64,000 nt of DNA from positions 3,840,149 through 3,904,148 of the forward strand of contig JBFWNU010000001.1 of assembly GCA_050250895.1 (NCBI GenBank), in the 5' to 3' direction. Source of the stretch: Vulcanimicrobiota bacterium (GTDB lineage Bacteria; Vulcanimicrobiota; Xenobia; Xenobiales; JADMJV01). Below, piece by piece: positions 27,727-37,983 of the stretch. Position 1 is the first letter of the stretch. Each line of letters begins with the position of its first letter. The translations under genes and the position numbers were made by a program. The notes under the pieces were generated by a model. The model made no database searches. It saw only the letters and a list, made by a program, of their open reading frames with translations, and was not told where the DNA came from.

Positions 27727-29502
27727 CTACGACACCGCCTGGCGAGCCACGATGGCGTCACCTTCGACCCGCAGGTCGCAACTATTGGTGATGTAGCCGA
27801 CCACATGCCGGGCGGCCTGTTCAAGGTCGTCGATGTAGATGTGCTCCATACCGGTGTGCATGTCGCGCTCGCCAGCGCCCACCGCCAGGCTACGGATATG
27901 ACCGCTATTGAAGCCCACGGTGTTAGCGTCAGAGCCTGCTCCGGTCAGGATGGGGGCGTGAATGGGCCGGGGCTCGAGACCGGCCCGGGCCATCGACTGG
28001 AAGACCACCTGGATCAGCGGGTCTTCTTGCGAAAACTGATATTTGATCGAATCGGGATTGACGATGACCGCGTCGTTGGTCAGATGCACGTCCTTGACGC
28101 TCAGCGAGTCGACCACGAATCCGAGCGTCGGGCGGGTCGAGATGTCTTCGGGCTTGAGTCGGCTGGCTCCGCGCAGGCCGCGTTCTTCATCGACCGGGAA
28201 GACCAGCTTGATTTCAGGATGGTCGAGCTGTTGCTCCAACACGCTGGTCACGCCTTCGAGAATCTCGGCCAGTCCGGCCCGATCGTCGGCCCCCAGCACG
28301 TGGCGCCCGTCGGTGTAGATGCGCTTGCCGTCGTTGCGGATCGAACCGGGGTTGGTGGGCTCGACCGTGTCTTGATGGGCGCTCAGCATGACCGTCGGTG
28401 CGTCTTGCTGGCCGGGGCTGGCCGGCAGGGTGCCGATGAGGGTGCCGTCTTCTTTGCGCTCGACCGCAAAGCCCAGGGCCTGCATGCGGGTGGTGAGTTC
28501 GGCCGTCACCGCCTGCTCTTTCCCTGAGGGTCCGTAGATGCCCGTCAGGGACACGAAGTTGTCGACCAGTCGCTGGCGATTGACTTTGGGTTCGGGACGG
28601 TCGTTAAAGTGGATGTTCTGGACCGGTTTTTCAGCTAGCAAACGGTTGGTGGTCAAAGTGGTGTCCACCAGAAAGCCGACGATCGGCTCGGCAATGGCTC
28701 CGTTGAGCTTGAGAAAGCCCTTCTTGAGCGCCCCGGGCTCTTTGACGGCGGGTTGGCGGACGGGAGCTTTCACCCCGGCTGCCGACAGGCCGGTGCCGAC
28801 CAATTCGCCAGCGGCCCGACCGATTCCGAGAAAGTTCTCTTCGAGGCCGCCGATGACCATGCCGGCCAGGGGGCCGACCATGCTCCCCATGACCTGCCCC
28901 ACCAGCGAGTCGTAGCCGAACATGTTCGTGACCAGGTTGGGCAGTCCGTAGGCGCATACGAGCGTGCCAGCGGTGGCTCCGATCCCCTCGCCGATCTCGA
29001 CCACCTTGTTGCGGGCGGGGGCACCGCCCTGGGCTCGGTGGAGCAGCGAGGGCAGCAGGGCTTCGCGAGGGGCGGCACCCGTAGCCGGCGCCTGGGCTAA
29101 AGTGACCGGGCCCGGAGTGGTTTCGGCCTTCGAGCCCAGAATGTGGCGGGCGGCGCCGACTCCGGCGCCCACGGCGCCCAGGGCCAGCTGACCCACTTTT
29201 TTGCCGATGCCGAGATAGCGCTCCTCCACCGAGACGGCGGCCATGGTGCCGATGGACAGGGCGATGGCGGCGGGGATAGGAATGTCTGGCAGGCGCATCA
29301 TCACCTGGAGTGGGACTTGCGAGGTGGCGTAGGCGACCAGACCGAGAGCTCCGAGTTTTTTGCCCTGGTGGCCCCAGCTCTGGGCGTGCTCCTGAACCGA
29401 TGAAAGAAAGGAGTCTTCGGGCAATGCGGCCGCTGGGGCCGCCTGAGGACTGGCGTGAAGGTTTGCCCTTGGCGTAGGCAGGGGGAAAGATGCAATTTTC
29501 AC
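27727..29502 (-). CDS. M20/M28 metallopeptidase (peptidase T-like) fused to an N-terminal glycine-zipper region
   Basis: SAHQDTV, GADDRAG, DEERG, GSDAN, MHTGMEH. Confidence 0.87.
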   Translation of the reverse strand: MKIASFPLPTPRANLHASPQAAPAAALPEDSFLSSVQEHAQSWGHQGKKLGALGLVAYATSQVPLQVMMRLPDIPIPAAIALSIGTMAAVSVEERYLGIGKKVGQLALGAVGAGVGAARHILGSKAETTPGPVTLAQAPATGAAPREALLPSLLHRAQGGAPARNKVVEIGEGIGATAGTLVCAYGLPNLVTNMFGYDSLVGQVMGSMVGPLAGMVIGGLEENFLGIGRAAGELVGTGLSAAGVKAPVRQPAVKEPGALKKGFLKLNGAIAEPIVGFLVDTTLTTNRLLAEKPVQNIHFNDRPEPKVNRQRLVDNFVSLTGIYGPSGKEQAVTAELTTRMQALGFAVERKEDGTLIGTLPASPGQQDAPTVMLSAHQDTVEPTNPGSIRNDGKRIYTDGRHVLGADDRAGLAEILEGVTSVLEQQLDHPEIKLVFPVDEERGLRGASRLKPEDISTRPTLGFVVDSLSVKDVHLTNDAVIVNPDSIKYQFSQEDPLIQVVFQSMARAGLEPRPIHAPILTGAGSDANTVGFNSGHIRSLAVGAGERDMHTGMEHIYIDDLEQAARHVVGYITNSCDLRVEGDAIVARQAVS

Positions 29503-29600
29503 AGTGAGATGACCTTTGTTTGATTTTTATCTATATGTGGCTCTATCTTCACACGACCCGCTTAAAGGAACCTGAAGTCGACCGGACCGAACGGCTGGGC

Positions 29601-31460
29601 ATGCGTAACTGTTTGCTGCTGGCTCTGCTGCTGGTCGGGTCCGCCTGGGGCGATCCGCGCCAGACCCACGAGGCCCTGTTCGAGCTGTTCTATCCAGCCG
29701 GGATGGAGGGGCGCGATCAGCTGACGGAGTCCGCCTGGCAAGCGTTCGGGTCCGGGCTCGACCTGAGGGGATTGGAGGGGCTCGCCGGCCCGCAACTGGG
29801 CCGGCGCCTGGCCGCCATGGCCGGGTCCGAGCGCGCCGACCTTCGGTTTCAAGCGGCCGCCTTGCGCCAGTTGTATGTCGGATTTATCTACTCTTCGCCG
29901 ATCGGCTGGCAGCTGGCCCGCACCCAGGCCCCCTCCCTCGAAGGGGACGGGATGGAGTGGCCCCGCCTGCCGCCGGGCAACCTGGACAACCTCGACTTCG
30001 TGGTAGTCGGGAGCGGCCCGGCCGGCTCGGTCATCGCCCACGAACTGGTCGGCTACGGCTATAAGGTGGCTCTGGTCGAACGCGGCAGTCTGGTCCGTCC
30101 AGGCTTTGTCGACACCCGCGAGGTCGCGCGCCTGAAAGAAGGTGGAGGCGCCGTGCCCACAGCGGATGGGTCGGTCCTCGTGCGCAACGCCGAGGTGGTG
30201 GGCGGAGGCACCACCGTCAATATCGACCTGGCCTTCGCTCCCACCCTCGACCTGGTCCGCACGCGCCTGGACGCCTGGGGGGTCGAATGGGCCACGGCCG
30301 AACGGGTTGCCAACGCCTATACCTGGGTGGAGGAGAAAGTGGGCACGCGCTCTCCGGACCGGGCCGAGGTCAATGCCAACAACGACATTCTTTGGCAGGG
30401 AGCTGAGGCCATCGGGCTCGAGCCGCGTCTTTATGACCTGAACACCTACCCCCCCGGGCAATCGCCCTGGGTAGCCACCGATAAGCGCTCATCGGTCGAG
30501 TCGCTGCTCGTGCCCGCTTTCGAGCAAGGCCTGGTGATGCTGCCCGACGCCGAGGTGGAGCGAGTGGTGGTGGAAGAGGGAAGGGCCGTCGGAGTCGAGG
30601 TCCGCGGTCTCGAGCCCTGGCCGAACCGGGGGGTGGTGGTCGACCCCTGCCAGTTGGGACTCGCTCCCGGGCAACGACGAGAGATTCGGGCCCGGCAGAC
30701 GATTCTATGTGCTGGCGCGAAGGGCTCGGCCACCGTCCTGCTGCGCTCGGGTTTAGGTGGCCCCGAGGTGGGGCGCGGCGTGGTGCTGCACCCCTCCATC
30801 CCTCTCATCGGTCGGTTCGACCGAGAAATCAAGAACCTCGAGGGAACGCCTTCGACGGTCTATGTTCCCGAGGGCGATCTGCTGTATGAATGCATGGCCG
30901 CCGGACCCGGCTATGCGGCCGTGATGATGCCCGGCAGCGGGCCCGAGATCGCCGAACGGATCAAGGCGTTTCCGCATTTGGGCGGCTTCGGCGTGCTGGT
31001 GGTGGACGAGCCTCATCCCGAGAATCGGGTGGAGCTGGTCGAGGGCCGTCCGGTCGTGCGCTATAGCTTGCATCAGAAAGACAAGCAGAAGCTCGCTCAC
31101 GGCGTGGCTCAATCAATCCGCATGCTGTTCGCGGCCGGAGCCCGCGAGGTATATCTGCCCACCTGCGAGCCGTTGCTGCCCGGTCAACAGCCGGGCCACC
31201 TGCTGGTGCTCACCAGCCCCGAACAGGCCGAGACGATAGAGCAAAATCTGCGCTTTATCAGCGCTTCGACGGTGCTGACCTCGGCCCACATGCAGTCGAG
31301 CTGCAAGTTGGGGGCCGTGGTCGACGAGCACTTTCGGGTGAAGGGAGTCGAGGGACTCTACCTGTGCGACTCGAGCGTGTTTCCGACCTCGGTGGGAGCC
31401 AATCCGATGCAGACCATCTACACCGTGGCCAAGCTGTTCGTAGAAGGCTTCGCGCCTTAG
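29601..31460 (+). CDS. GMC family oxidoreductase, exported
   Basis: Signal-like MRNCLLLALLLVGSAWG; VGSGPAG, VGGGTTVN, SAHMQ, DSSVFPTSVGANP. Confidence 0.9.
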   Translation: MRNCLLLALLLVGSAWGDPRQTHEALFELFYPAGMEGRDQLTESAWQAFGSGLDLRGLEGLAGPQLGRRLAAMAGSERADLRFQAAALRQLYVGFIYSSPIGWQLARTQAPSLEGDGMEWPRLPPGNLDNLDFVVVGSGPAGSVIAHELVGYGYKVALVERGSLVRPGFVDTREVARLKEGGGAVPTADGSVLVRNAEVVGGGTTVNIDLAFAPTLDLVRTRLDAWGVEWATAERVANAYTWVEEKVGTRSPDRAEVNANNDILWQGAEAIGLEPRLYDLNTYPPGQSPWVATDKRSSVESLLVPAFEQGLVMLPDAEVERVVVEEGRAVGVEVRGLEPWPNRGVVVDPCQLGLAPGQRREIRARQTILCAGAKGSATVLLRSGLGGPEVGRGVVLHPSIPLIGRFDREIKNLEGTPSTVYVPEGDLLYECMAAGPGYAAVMMPGSGPEIAERIKAFPHLGGFGVLVVDEPHPENRVELVEGRPVVRYSLHQKDKQKLAHGVAQSIRMLFAAGAREVYLPTCEPLLPGQQPGHLLVLTSPEQAETIEQNLRFISASTVLTSAHMQSSCKLGAVVDEHFRVKGVEGLYLCDSSVFPTSVGANPMQTIYTVAKLFVEGFAP

Positions 31461-31506
31461 GGCCTTTCCGGAAACAACTCGTGCCTTCGGGGAGCCTGAC
31501 AGGCCC

Positions 31507-33759
31507 TTAGTCTGCCGGGGTCAGGCCGTGGTCCGAGGCCCAGCGGGCCGCGGCTGTACGCGACGGCACCCCGAGCTTGCGATAGATCGAGCGCAGGTGG
31601 ACCATCACGGTCTGGGGGCTGATCGAAAGAGCCTCGGCGATTTCTTTGTTAGAGACCCCGGTGGCCGTCACTCGCAACACCTCGACTTCACGACTGGTCA
31701 GGCCTTCGAGCCCCTCGAGCTGATGAGAGTCAAGCTCTTTAAGCAAGGCTTCTAAGCCGATGTTCTCGGTGCGCACCTGGGCCAGCGACGCGCCCAACGC
31801 CTTGCGCAGGCGCGATTCGATCTCGCCGTAGTCCTGGCTGTCAGAGGCCTCTAGCTTGACCCCGATCGAGGCCAGAAGCTGGTCGGCGGCGCCTAAGAAT
31901 CTGGCTCCCAGGCGGTCGCGGCCCTGGCCCGCCAACACTCCAGCCAAACCGATCAGACACAGGGCCAAACCGTGGCGGGCTCCGGCCCTGCGCCACAGGC
32001 CCAGAGCCTCGCGAAAGCCGTTGCCGGCCTCCTCCCAGCTCTGTTGACTCAGCTCGACATAGGCCAGATTCTGCAGGGCCAGGGCGGCCAGCGAGAATTC
32101 GTGCAGCTCGGTGAAGAGATCGGCGGCCGAGCGAAAGTGGCGGCTGGCCTGGCCCCGCTCGCGACGGCTGCGATGGACCTCGCCCAGGGCGTTGTGGGCC
32201 CAGGCTTCTCCCAGGGGATATTCTTGCTGCTGGGCCAGGCGCAGGCTCTGGTGCAAAAGATCGACCGCTTCGTCCAGGCGACCCTCGACCCAGGCCACCC
32301 GTCCCAGGCCGTTGAGAGCATCGACCTGGCGCGGATAATCGCCCTGCTGGCGGGCCGTTTCAAACAGTTCGCCCGCGGCGCGATAATCGCCCTCGCGAAA
32401 ACGCAGTTGAGCCAGGCCAGAGAGGGTTTCCGAGGCACGGGCCTGATCTTGCCACAGTTCCAAGGCCCGGCGATAGTGGCCGCCGGCCCCGATATAGTCC
32501 CCCTGGTGGCGCATCAGGGTGGCTAGAAAGTGCAGCGCCAGGGCAGACTCGCCTTGCGACAGCAACCCTTCGATGGCGCGGCGACCTTCTTCGAGCAGGC
32601 TGCAGGCCTCCCAATACCAGCCTAGCAATCCGGCCAGCTCGAGGGCTTGAGGCCCCTCGAGTTGCTCGAGGGCCTGCATCAGGTTGGCCCGCTCGAGGGC
32701 CAGGCGCTTCAACCCGGCGGCGTGGCCCCGACCGCCGCGCCAGGCTTCCAACTCGCCGGCCAGGTCGAGATAGTGGCGGGCGTGGGCCTGGCGCACCTCC
32801 GGGGCCTCTCCCAGGCGCTGGCCGACGTAGGCTCTGACTGTTTCTAGCAAGGCAAAGCGGCTCTCTCCGGCCAGGCTGTGGCGGGTGGCCACCAGGCTCT
32901 GGTCGGCCAGTTCGAGCAAGTCGGGGCGGGGGCAGCCGACCTCGGCCGCGGCCTGGTGAGTAAAGCTGCCGCGAAAGACGGCCAGCCGCAAGAACGACTG
33001 CTGCAGGGTGGGGCTCAGCAAGCCGAAGCTCCAGTCGAGGGTGTTGGCCAGGGTTTGCTGGCGGGCGGGCCGGTCGGGGCCGCCCCCACTGAGCAACTCG
33101 ATGCTGTCTTCGAGACTGGCATTGAGTTCGACCAGCCCCAGGTGGCGCAGTCGCGCCGCCGCCAGTTCGAGGCACAGGGGAATGCCGTCAAGGCGCCGGC
33201 ACAACTCCTCGACTGCCTCGCGGTTCTGGTCGTTGACCACAAAATCGGGACGCACCGCCCGAGCCCGCTCCATCAACAACCGGGTGGCCGTGGCCTCATC
33301 GAGGGGGTCGAGATGCAACAGACGTTCACCGGCGAGCAACAGAGGCGCGCGGCTGGTGGTGAGCAGGCGCAGTTGGGGGTGGCGTTCGAGCAGTTCGGTC
33401 AGTTGTCCGGCCTCTTCGCGCAGGTGCTCGAGATTGTCGAAGACGATCAGGGTCGAACCGGATAACACCGTGTCCAGCCGGGTGTGCCACTCATCCCAGC
33501 CACACTCGGGTAGCTCGAGGGTTTGGCCCAACCGCGATAACAGAGCGTGCTCGCCCGGGCGCACGTCTTCGAGCCGAACCCAGGCCAGGGCCTGACCCCA
33601 GAGGCTGGTTGCTTCTTGAGCTAGCCGCGTCTTGCCAATGCCGCCCGGACCCACCAGGGTCATCAGCCGCACTCCGGGATCGCCCAGCCAGGTCTTGAGC
33701 TGGGCCAGTTCAGAGCGACGCCCGACCAGCGGATAGGCCGGTGAAGGGAGGCGAGCCAT
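31507..33759 (-). CDS. STAND ATPase-TPR-LuxR transcriptional regulator
   Basis: [31 protein letters not shown] helices, [26 protein letters not shown]. Confidence 0.93.
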   Translation of the reverse strand: MARLPSPAYPLVGRRSELAQLKTWLGDPGVRLMTLVGPGGIGKTRLAQEATSLWGQALAWVRLEDVRPGEHALLSRLGQTLELPECGWDEWHTRLDTVLSGSTLIVFDNLEHLREEAGQLTELLERHPQLRLLTTSRAPLLLAGERLLHLDPLDEATATRLLMERARAVRPDFVVNDQNREAVEELCRRLDGIPLCLELAAARLRHLGLVELNASLEDSIELLSGGGPDRPARQQTLANTLDWSFGLLSPTLQQSFLRLAVFRGSFTHQAAAEVGCPRPDLLELADQSLVATRHSLAGESRFALLETVRAYVGQRLGEAPEVRQAHARHYLDLAGELEAWRGGRGHAAGLKRLALERANLMQALEQLEGPQALELAGLLGWYWEACSLLEEGRRAIEGLLSQGESALALHFLATLMRHQGDYIGAGGHYRRALELWQDQARASETLSGLAQLRFREGDYRAAGELFETARQQGDYPRQVDALNGLGRVAWVEGRLDEAVDLLHQSLRLAQQQEYPLGEAWAHNALGEVHRSRRERGQASRHFRSAADLFTELHEFSLAALALQNLAYVELSQQSWEEAGNGFREALGLWRRAGARHGLALCLIGLAGVLAGQGRDRLGARFLGAADQLLASIGVKLEASDSQDYGEIESRLRKALGASLAQVRTENIGLEALLKELDSHQLEGLEGLTSREVEVLRVTATGVSNKEIAEALSISPQTVMVHLRSIYRKLGVPSRTAAARWASDHGLTPAD

Positions 33760-33764
33760 CGGCT

Positions 33765-33980
33765 CTAGAGGACCTCGGTGAGCAGCTCTTCGCGCGGCTT
33801 TTGGATCACCTGGGCCCCGGCCTCGACGGCGCTCTGCATGTGGGCCACCGAGAACGACTCGAGGATCCCCAACGCCTGCGTCTGGCCCCGCGGGGGGGTG
33901 GCCACAACCCCCAGACTCTTGAGCTGCTCTGTCAGCATCACGGTCAGTTCGCCCGCTCGCAGGGTTGCCCTCTTCGCCAC
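33765..33980 (-). CDS. Small hypothetical protein
   Basis: 71-aa ORF filling the gap, ends 5 nt before the regulator start. Confidence 0.35.
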   Translation of the reverse strand: MAKRATLRAGELTVMLTEQLKSLGVVATPPRGQTQALGILESFSVAHMQSAVEAGAQVIQKPREELLTEVL

Positions 33981-34023
33981 TTACAAGACAGGTAGGCCGG
34001 CCCCTCGTGAGGAAAAGCGCACG

Positions 34024-35868
34024 ATGTCCCGCTTTGATTCAACTTACGATCCCGTCCCCCTAAAACGCTGGGCCGAGTCGGCCCCTATCAAGACGCTGCC
34101 GGGCCTGATGGCCCGGGCCGTGGCCGAACACGGCGATGTCCCCTTTTTGGGTTGGAAGGAGGGCAAGGGTTACCTCTATCACACCTATCGCGAGACCCTG
34201 CGGGAGGCCGAGCAGTTCGCCGCCGCCCTCATCGAGCTGGGTGTCGAGCCCAAAGACCGAGTGGCCTTGATGTCGTCGAATCGACCGGAGTGGGTCATTA
34301 CCGACATCGGCGCCATGCAAGCCGCCGCCATCAACGTTCCCCTCTATCCCACTTTATCCGAGCAGGCGGTCGAATACATCCTGAACGACTCGGCCGCCCG
34401 GGTGGCCGTGGCCGCCACGGCCGACCACGCCCGCAAGATTCTGGCCGCCGAGGCCGACGACCTCGAGGTACTGGTTTGTATGGAGGGCATCGACGGTCTC
34501 GGGAGCGACAAACGTCTCTTTGATTGGACGGGCTTTCTCACGTTCGGCGCCGGCTTGCTCGAGACCCACCGGCCCGAGATCGAGCGGCGCATCGCTGCCA
34601 TCGAGGCCACCGACGTGTGTAGCCTGGTCTATACCTCGGGCACCACCGGCGATCCCAAGGGAGCCATGTTGATGCATGGCAATTTCGTCTCGAACTGCAC
34701 GGCCGTCCTCGACCACCTGGGCATCACCCCCGGCGAGGTGCAGCTGTCTTTTCTGCCCCTGTCGCACGTGTTCGAGCGGGTCGTCTATTACACAATGATG
34801 GCCAGCGGGGCCACCATTTGCTATGCCCAGAGCATCGAAACCGTGCGCGACGACATCCTCGAGGTTAGACCTCACTTGATGCCGGCTGTGCCGCGCCTGT
34901 ACGAGAAGATTCACGCCGGGGTGATGGCCCGGCTGGCGGCCGGCTCGTCGGCCAGGCAGCAAGTTTTCACGGGCGCCATGGAAGTGGGCAAGAAATACTT
35001 CGACGCTCGTTGCCAGGGCAAGGTGCCCCGGGCCCTGAAGCTGGCCTATGCCATGGCGTTCAAATTGGCGCTCAAGAAGATCCATCAGGCCATGGGCGGT
35101 CGCATGCGCCACCTCATCTCGGGCGGAGCCCCGCTTCGAGTCGATGTCGGGGAGTTCTTCCTTCACGCTGGTTTCTCGCTCATCGAGGGCTACGGCCTCA
35201 CCGAGACCAGCCCCGGCATCACCTTCAACCCCCCGGACCGGCCCAAGATCGGAACGGTCGGCAAATGCCTCGAGCATGTCGAGGTAAAGATCGCCGACGA
35301 TGGCGAGATCCTCTCCCGCGGTCCCAACACGATGCTCGGCTACTTCAACAACCTCGAGGCCACTCGGGCGGTGATCGATGACGACGGCTGGTTCGCCACC
35401 GGGGATGTGGGCGAACTCGACAGCGACGGCTATCTGCGCATCACCGATCGCAAGAAAGAGATTCTGGTGATGTCCAACGGCAAGAACGTGGCTCCCGCCC
35501 CGATCGAGCAGGCGCTCAAGTCCAGTCCCTATATAGAACAGGCAGTGCTGATCGGTGATAATCGCAAGTTCATCAGCGCCCTGGTGGTGCCGTCCTTCGC
35601 CAGCCTGGAAAGCTTCATCAAAGACCGTCAATTGCCGGCCGAACCAGAACAATTGGTCGAGCATGAGACCCTGCGCGGCTTTCTTTTGGAAGAATGCCAA
35701 CGGGTCTTGCGCGAGTTTTCGAACTATGAGCAGGTCAAGAAGATCGCTTTGTTGCCGCGGGAGTTGACTCAGGAAACCGGCGAACTCACCCCCAAACTGA
35801 GCGTCAAACGCCGGGTGGTGGCCGAGAAATTCGCCGACCAGATCGAGGGGCTCTACGCCACCGAGTAG
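34024..35868 (+). CDS. Long-chain acyl-CoA synthetase (FadD15/FAA1-like)
   Basis: [33 protein letters not shown]; ATG 34024. Confidence 0.95.
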   Translation: MSRFDSTYDPVPLKRWAESAPIKTLPGLMARAVAEHGDVPFLGWKEGKGYLYHTYRETLREAEQFAAALIELGVEPKDRVALMSSNRPEWVITDIGAMQAAAINVPLYPTLSEQAVEYILNDSAARVAVAATADHARKILAAEADDLEVLVCMEGIDGLGSDKRLFDWTGFLTFGAGLLETHRPEIERRIAAIEATDVCSLVYTSGTTGDPKGAMLMHGNFVSNCTAVLDHLGITPGEVQLSFLPLSHVFERVVYYTMMASGATICYAQSIETVRDDILEVRPHLMPAVPRLYEKIHAGVMARLAAGSSARQQVFTGAMEVGKKYFDARCQGKVPRALKLAYAMAFKLALKKIHQAMGGRMRHLISGGAPLRVDVGEFFLHAGFSLIEGYGLTETSPGITFNPPDRPKIGTVGKCLEHVEVKIADDGEILSRGPNTMLGYFNNLEATRAVIDDDGWFATGDVGELDSDGYLRITDRKKEILVMSNGKNVAPAPIEQALKSSPYIEQAVLIGDNRKFISALVVPSFASLESFIKDRQLPAEPEQLVEHETLRGFLLEECQRVLREFSNYEQVKKIALLPRELTQETGELTPKLSVKRRVVAEKFADQIEGLYATE

Positions 35869-35899
35869 CCCAACACTGGGCACCTCTTGCGCAGCCCCG

Positions 35900-36457
35900 C
35901 TAGCCGCCGGAGTTGGTCTGGAGATACCAGAAGGTGAAGCCGGCGCCGACCAGACAGAGCAGGGCCAGGCTGCCCACGATCAGAGCCCACAGGCTGATAC
36001 GCCGCGGCTTGCGCTGGCCTTTCGAGGTCTCTGCCAGCAACTGGATACGGCGCTTGTCGAAGGCGGCGGCCATCTCTTTGAGCTGGCCGAAGTGGCGGTC
36101 GAGCGCGCCGGGTCGGGTGTGGTCACAATAGAAAAAGCCCAGGGGCTCGCCGGTGATGGAGCGCAGCGGCACGCAAGCGGCAGCGCGGTGGGTGGGATTG
36201 AAGCGGATCTGAGGGCGCTCGCGCAGGTCAGAACACAGGACCGTCTTGTTCTTGTGGAGGACCTGCTCGAGGAGCGGGCGATAGATGGTCGGCTCGCGCC
36301 AGATGTCACCCTCGAAGCCGTAGATGCCCAGGCTGGGTGGCTGGCTGGTGGGCTGCTCGGCGAAGACCACCACGGCGCGTTCGGCATGGAAGTCATTGAC
36401 CATCACGCGGATGGCCGTCTTGACCATCTTGGTCAGATCGGGGGCGGTGTCGAACAA
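35900..36457 (-). CDS. GAF domain protein with C-terminal TM anchor
   Basis: AACVPLR..GFFYCDH GAF motif; hydrophobic C-terminal helix; start uncertain (TTG 36457 behind GGAGG). Confidence 0.7.
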   Translation of the reverse strand: MFDTAPDLTKMVKTAIRVMVNDFHAERAVVVFAEQPTSQPPSLGIYGFEGDIWREPTIYRPLLEQVLHKNKTVLCSDLRERPQIRFNPTHRAAACVPLRSITGEPLGFFYCDHTRPGALDRHFGQLKEMAAAFDKRRIQLLAETSKGQRKPRRISLWALIVGSLALLCLVGAGFTFWYLQTNSGG

Positions 36458-36573
36458 ACTGGTTGATGGCCCTCCCGCTCCATCGTATCGGGTGCTCGCC
36501 GGTAGGAGAAGACACCAAATGTTAAAATTTGCGTTCGACCAGGGGCGGCCGCAGGGGCGGAGAAACTGCCGCG

Positions 36574-37914
36574 ATGATACCCAGCGATGCCGCCGCCACC
36601 CGGGCGGCAAAGGCTTTTCGTGGCTTGCTCGAGGCCGACCCGGTCGGGACCCGCCAGCAATACCAGCAGTTTTGTGATCAGCTGCGCCAGCAGCATATCA
36701 TGGTGGGCGACGATGTGGCTCCCTTTTGCTTTGCTCCGGCGGTCATCTCGCAAAAGCGTTACGCCCCGATCAAGTCTCAGGTAGCTCGGCTGATGCGCAT
36801 CCTGACTCGGCTCGAGCCGATGCTGCTGCGGCCGCGCTGGCTCGAAGCGCTGGGGATTTCTGAGGCCGAACAAGACCTGATCCGGCTACCGGCGGGCTTC
36901 GGGCTGGGTATTCACGTGAGCCGGGTGGACGGCTTTCTAGGCCCCGCCCGGGGCAAAGACACCGGATTTCGCATCGTCGAGCTCAATGTGGATAGTCCCG
37001 GCGGAGCCGCCTATCTCGACGCCTGTGGCGAGCTGCTGCTCAAGACGCCAGCCTGGAAGCAGTTTCGGGCCAAGTTTCCGGGTGGGTGCCTCAAGGCCGG
37101 CAAAAGCATCCTCGAGCTGCTGCTCAAGGCCTGGAATCTGTGGGGCGGCATCGGGACACCTCGGGTCGGCATCGTCGACTGGGTGACGGTCAGCACCGTG
37201 TCGGAGTTCGATGTGCTCAAGCGCCAGTTCGACCGGGCGGGCATCGAGACGGTGGTGGCCGACCCTCGCGAGCTGGAGTTCTCGAAGGGAAAACTCCGTG
37301 ACTATGATGGCAAGCCGCTGGACCTGGTCTATCGGCGGGTGCTGGTCGAGGACATTCTGGCGCACGGGGGCGACGCTAGAGCCTTGCTCGATGCCTATCG
37401 AGCCGGGGCGGTGTGCCTGGTCAATCCCTTTCGTTGCAAGCCTTTGACCGTCAAGTCCCTGCTGGCCGTCTTTCACAACCCCGAGATGGCCGAGTTGCTG
37501 ACCAGATCCGACCTGAAGTTCTTGCATTCTATCGTGCCCTGGACGGCCGTGGTCGAAGACGGGCCGAACCTCGAGCGCATCGAGAGGGAGCAGCAGGAAC
37601 TGGTGCTCAAGCCGGCCGACAGCTGGGGCGGCCAGGGATTGTATCTGGGCTGGGAGATGGGCTCCAGCCAGTGGCGCCAGGCCATGGACGAGGCGCTCAA
37701 GGGTCGTTATGTGGCCCAGCAACGGGTTCATATCCCTCAGGCCGAGTTTCCGGTGGCGGTGGATCACGGGTGGGAATATCACGATTTTCGCATCGACTTC
37801 GACCCCTACACCTTCTCGACCAGGGTGGGCACGCCGCTCATGCGGCTTTCGGCTAGCGATATGCTCAACATCAAGGCCGGTGGCCAGATGTCGGTCACTT
37901 ACATCCTGAAATAG
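36574..37914 (+). CDS. Circularly permuted ATP-grasp peptide ligase (glutathionylspermidine synthase-like)
   Basis: SRVDGF, VELNVDSPGG, LVYRR, VLKPADSWGGQG, NIKAGG. Confidence 0.85.
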   Translation: MIPSDAAATRAAKAFRGLLEADPVGTRQQYQQFCDQLRQQHIMVGDDVAPFCFAPAVISQKRYAPIKSQVARLMRILTRLEPMLLRPRWLEALGISEAEQDLIRLPAGFGLGIHVSRVDGFLGPARGKDTGFRIVELNVDSPGGAAYLDACGELLLKTPAWKQFRAKFPGGCLKAGKSILELLLKAWNLWGGIGTPRVGIVDWVTVSTVSEFDVLKRQFDRAGIETVVADPRELEFSKGKLRDYDGKPLDLVYRRVLVEDILAHGGDARALLDAYRAGAVCLVNPFRCKPLTVKSLLAVFHNPEMAELLTRSDLKFLHSIVPWTAVVEDGPNLERIEREQQELVLKPADSWGGQGLYLGWEMGSSQWRQAMDEALKGRYVAQQRVHIPQAEFPVAVDHGWEYHDFRIDFDPYTFSTRVGTPLMRLSASDMLNIKAGGQMSVTYILK

Positions 37915-37983
37915 TTACAATCGTTAACGGGATGTTCAACTTGGCGGCTTGTCGCGGCTTGCCGGCGTCGGGATAGATAGAGT

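Noticed and set aside
34354-35883. Long antisense ORFs (also 41770-42999, 44420-45658, 60873-62102)
   Set aside because: Shadow frames of well-supported genes in GC-rich DNA
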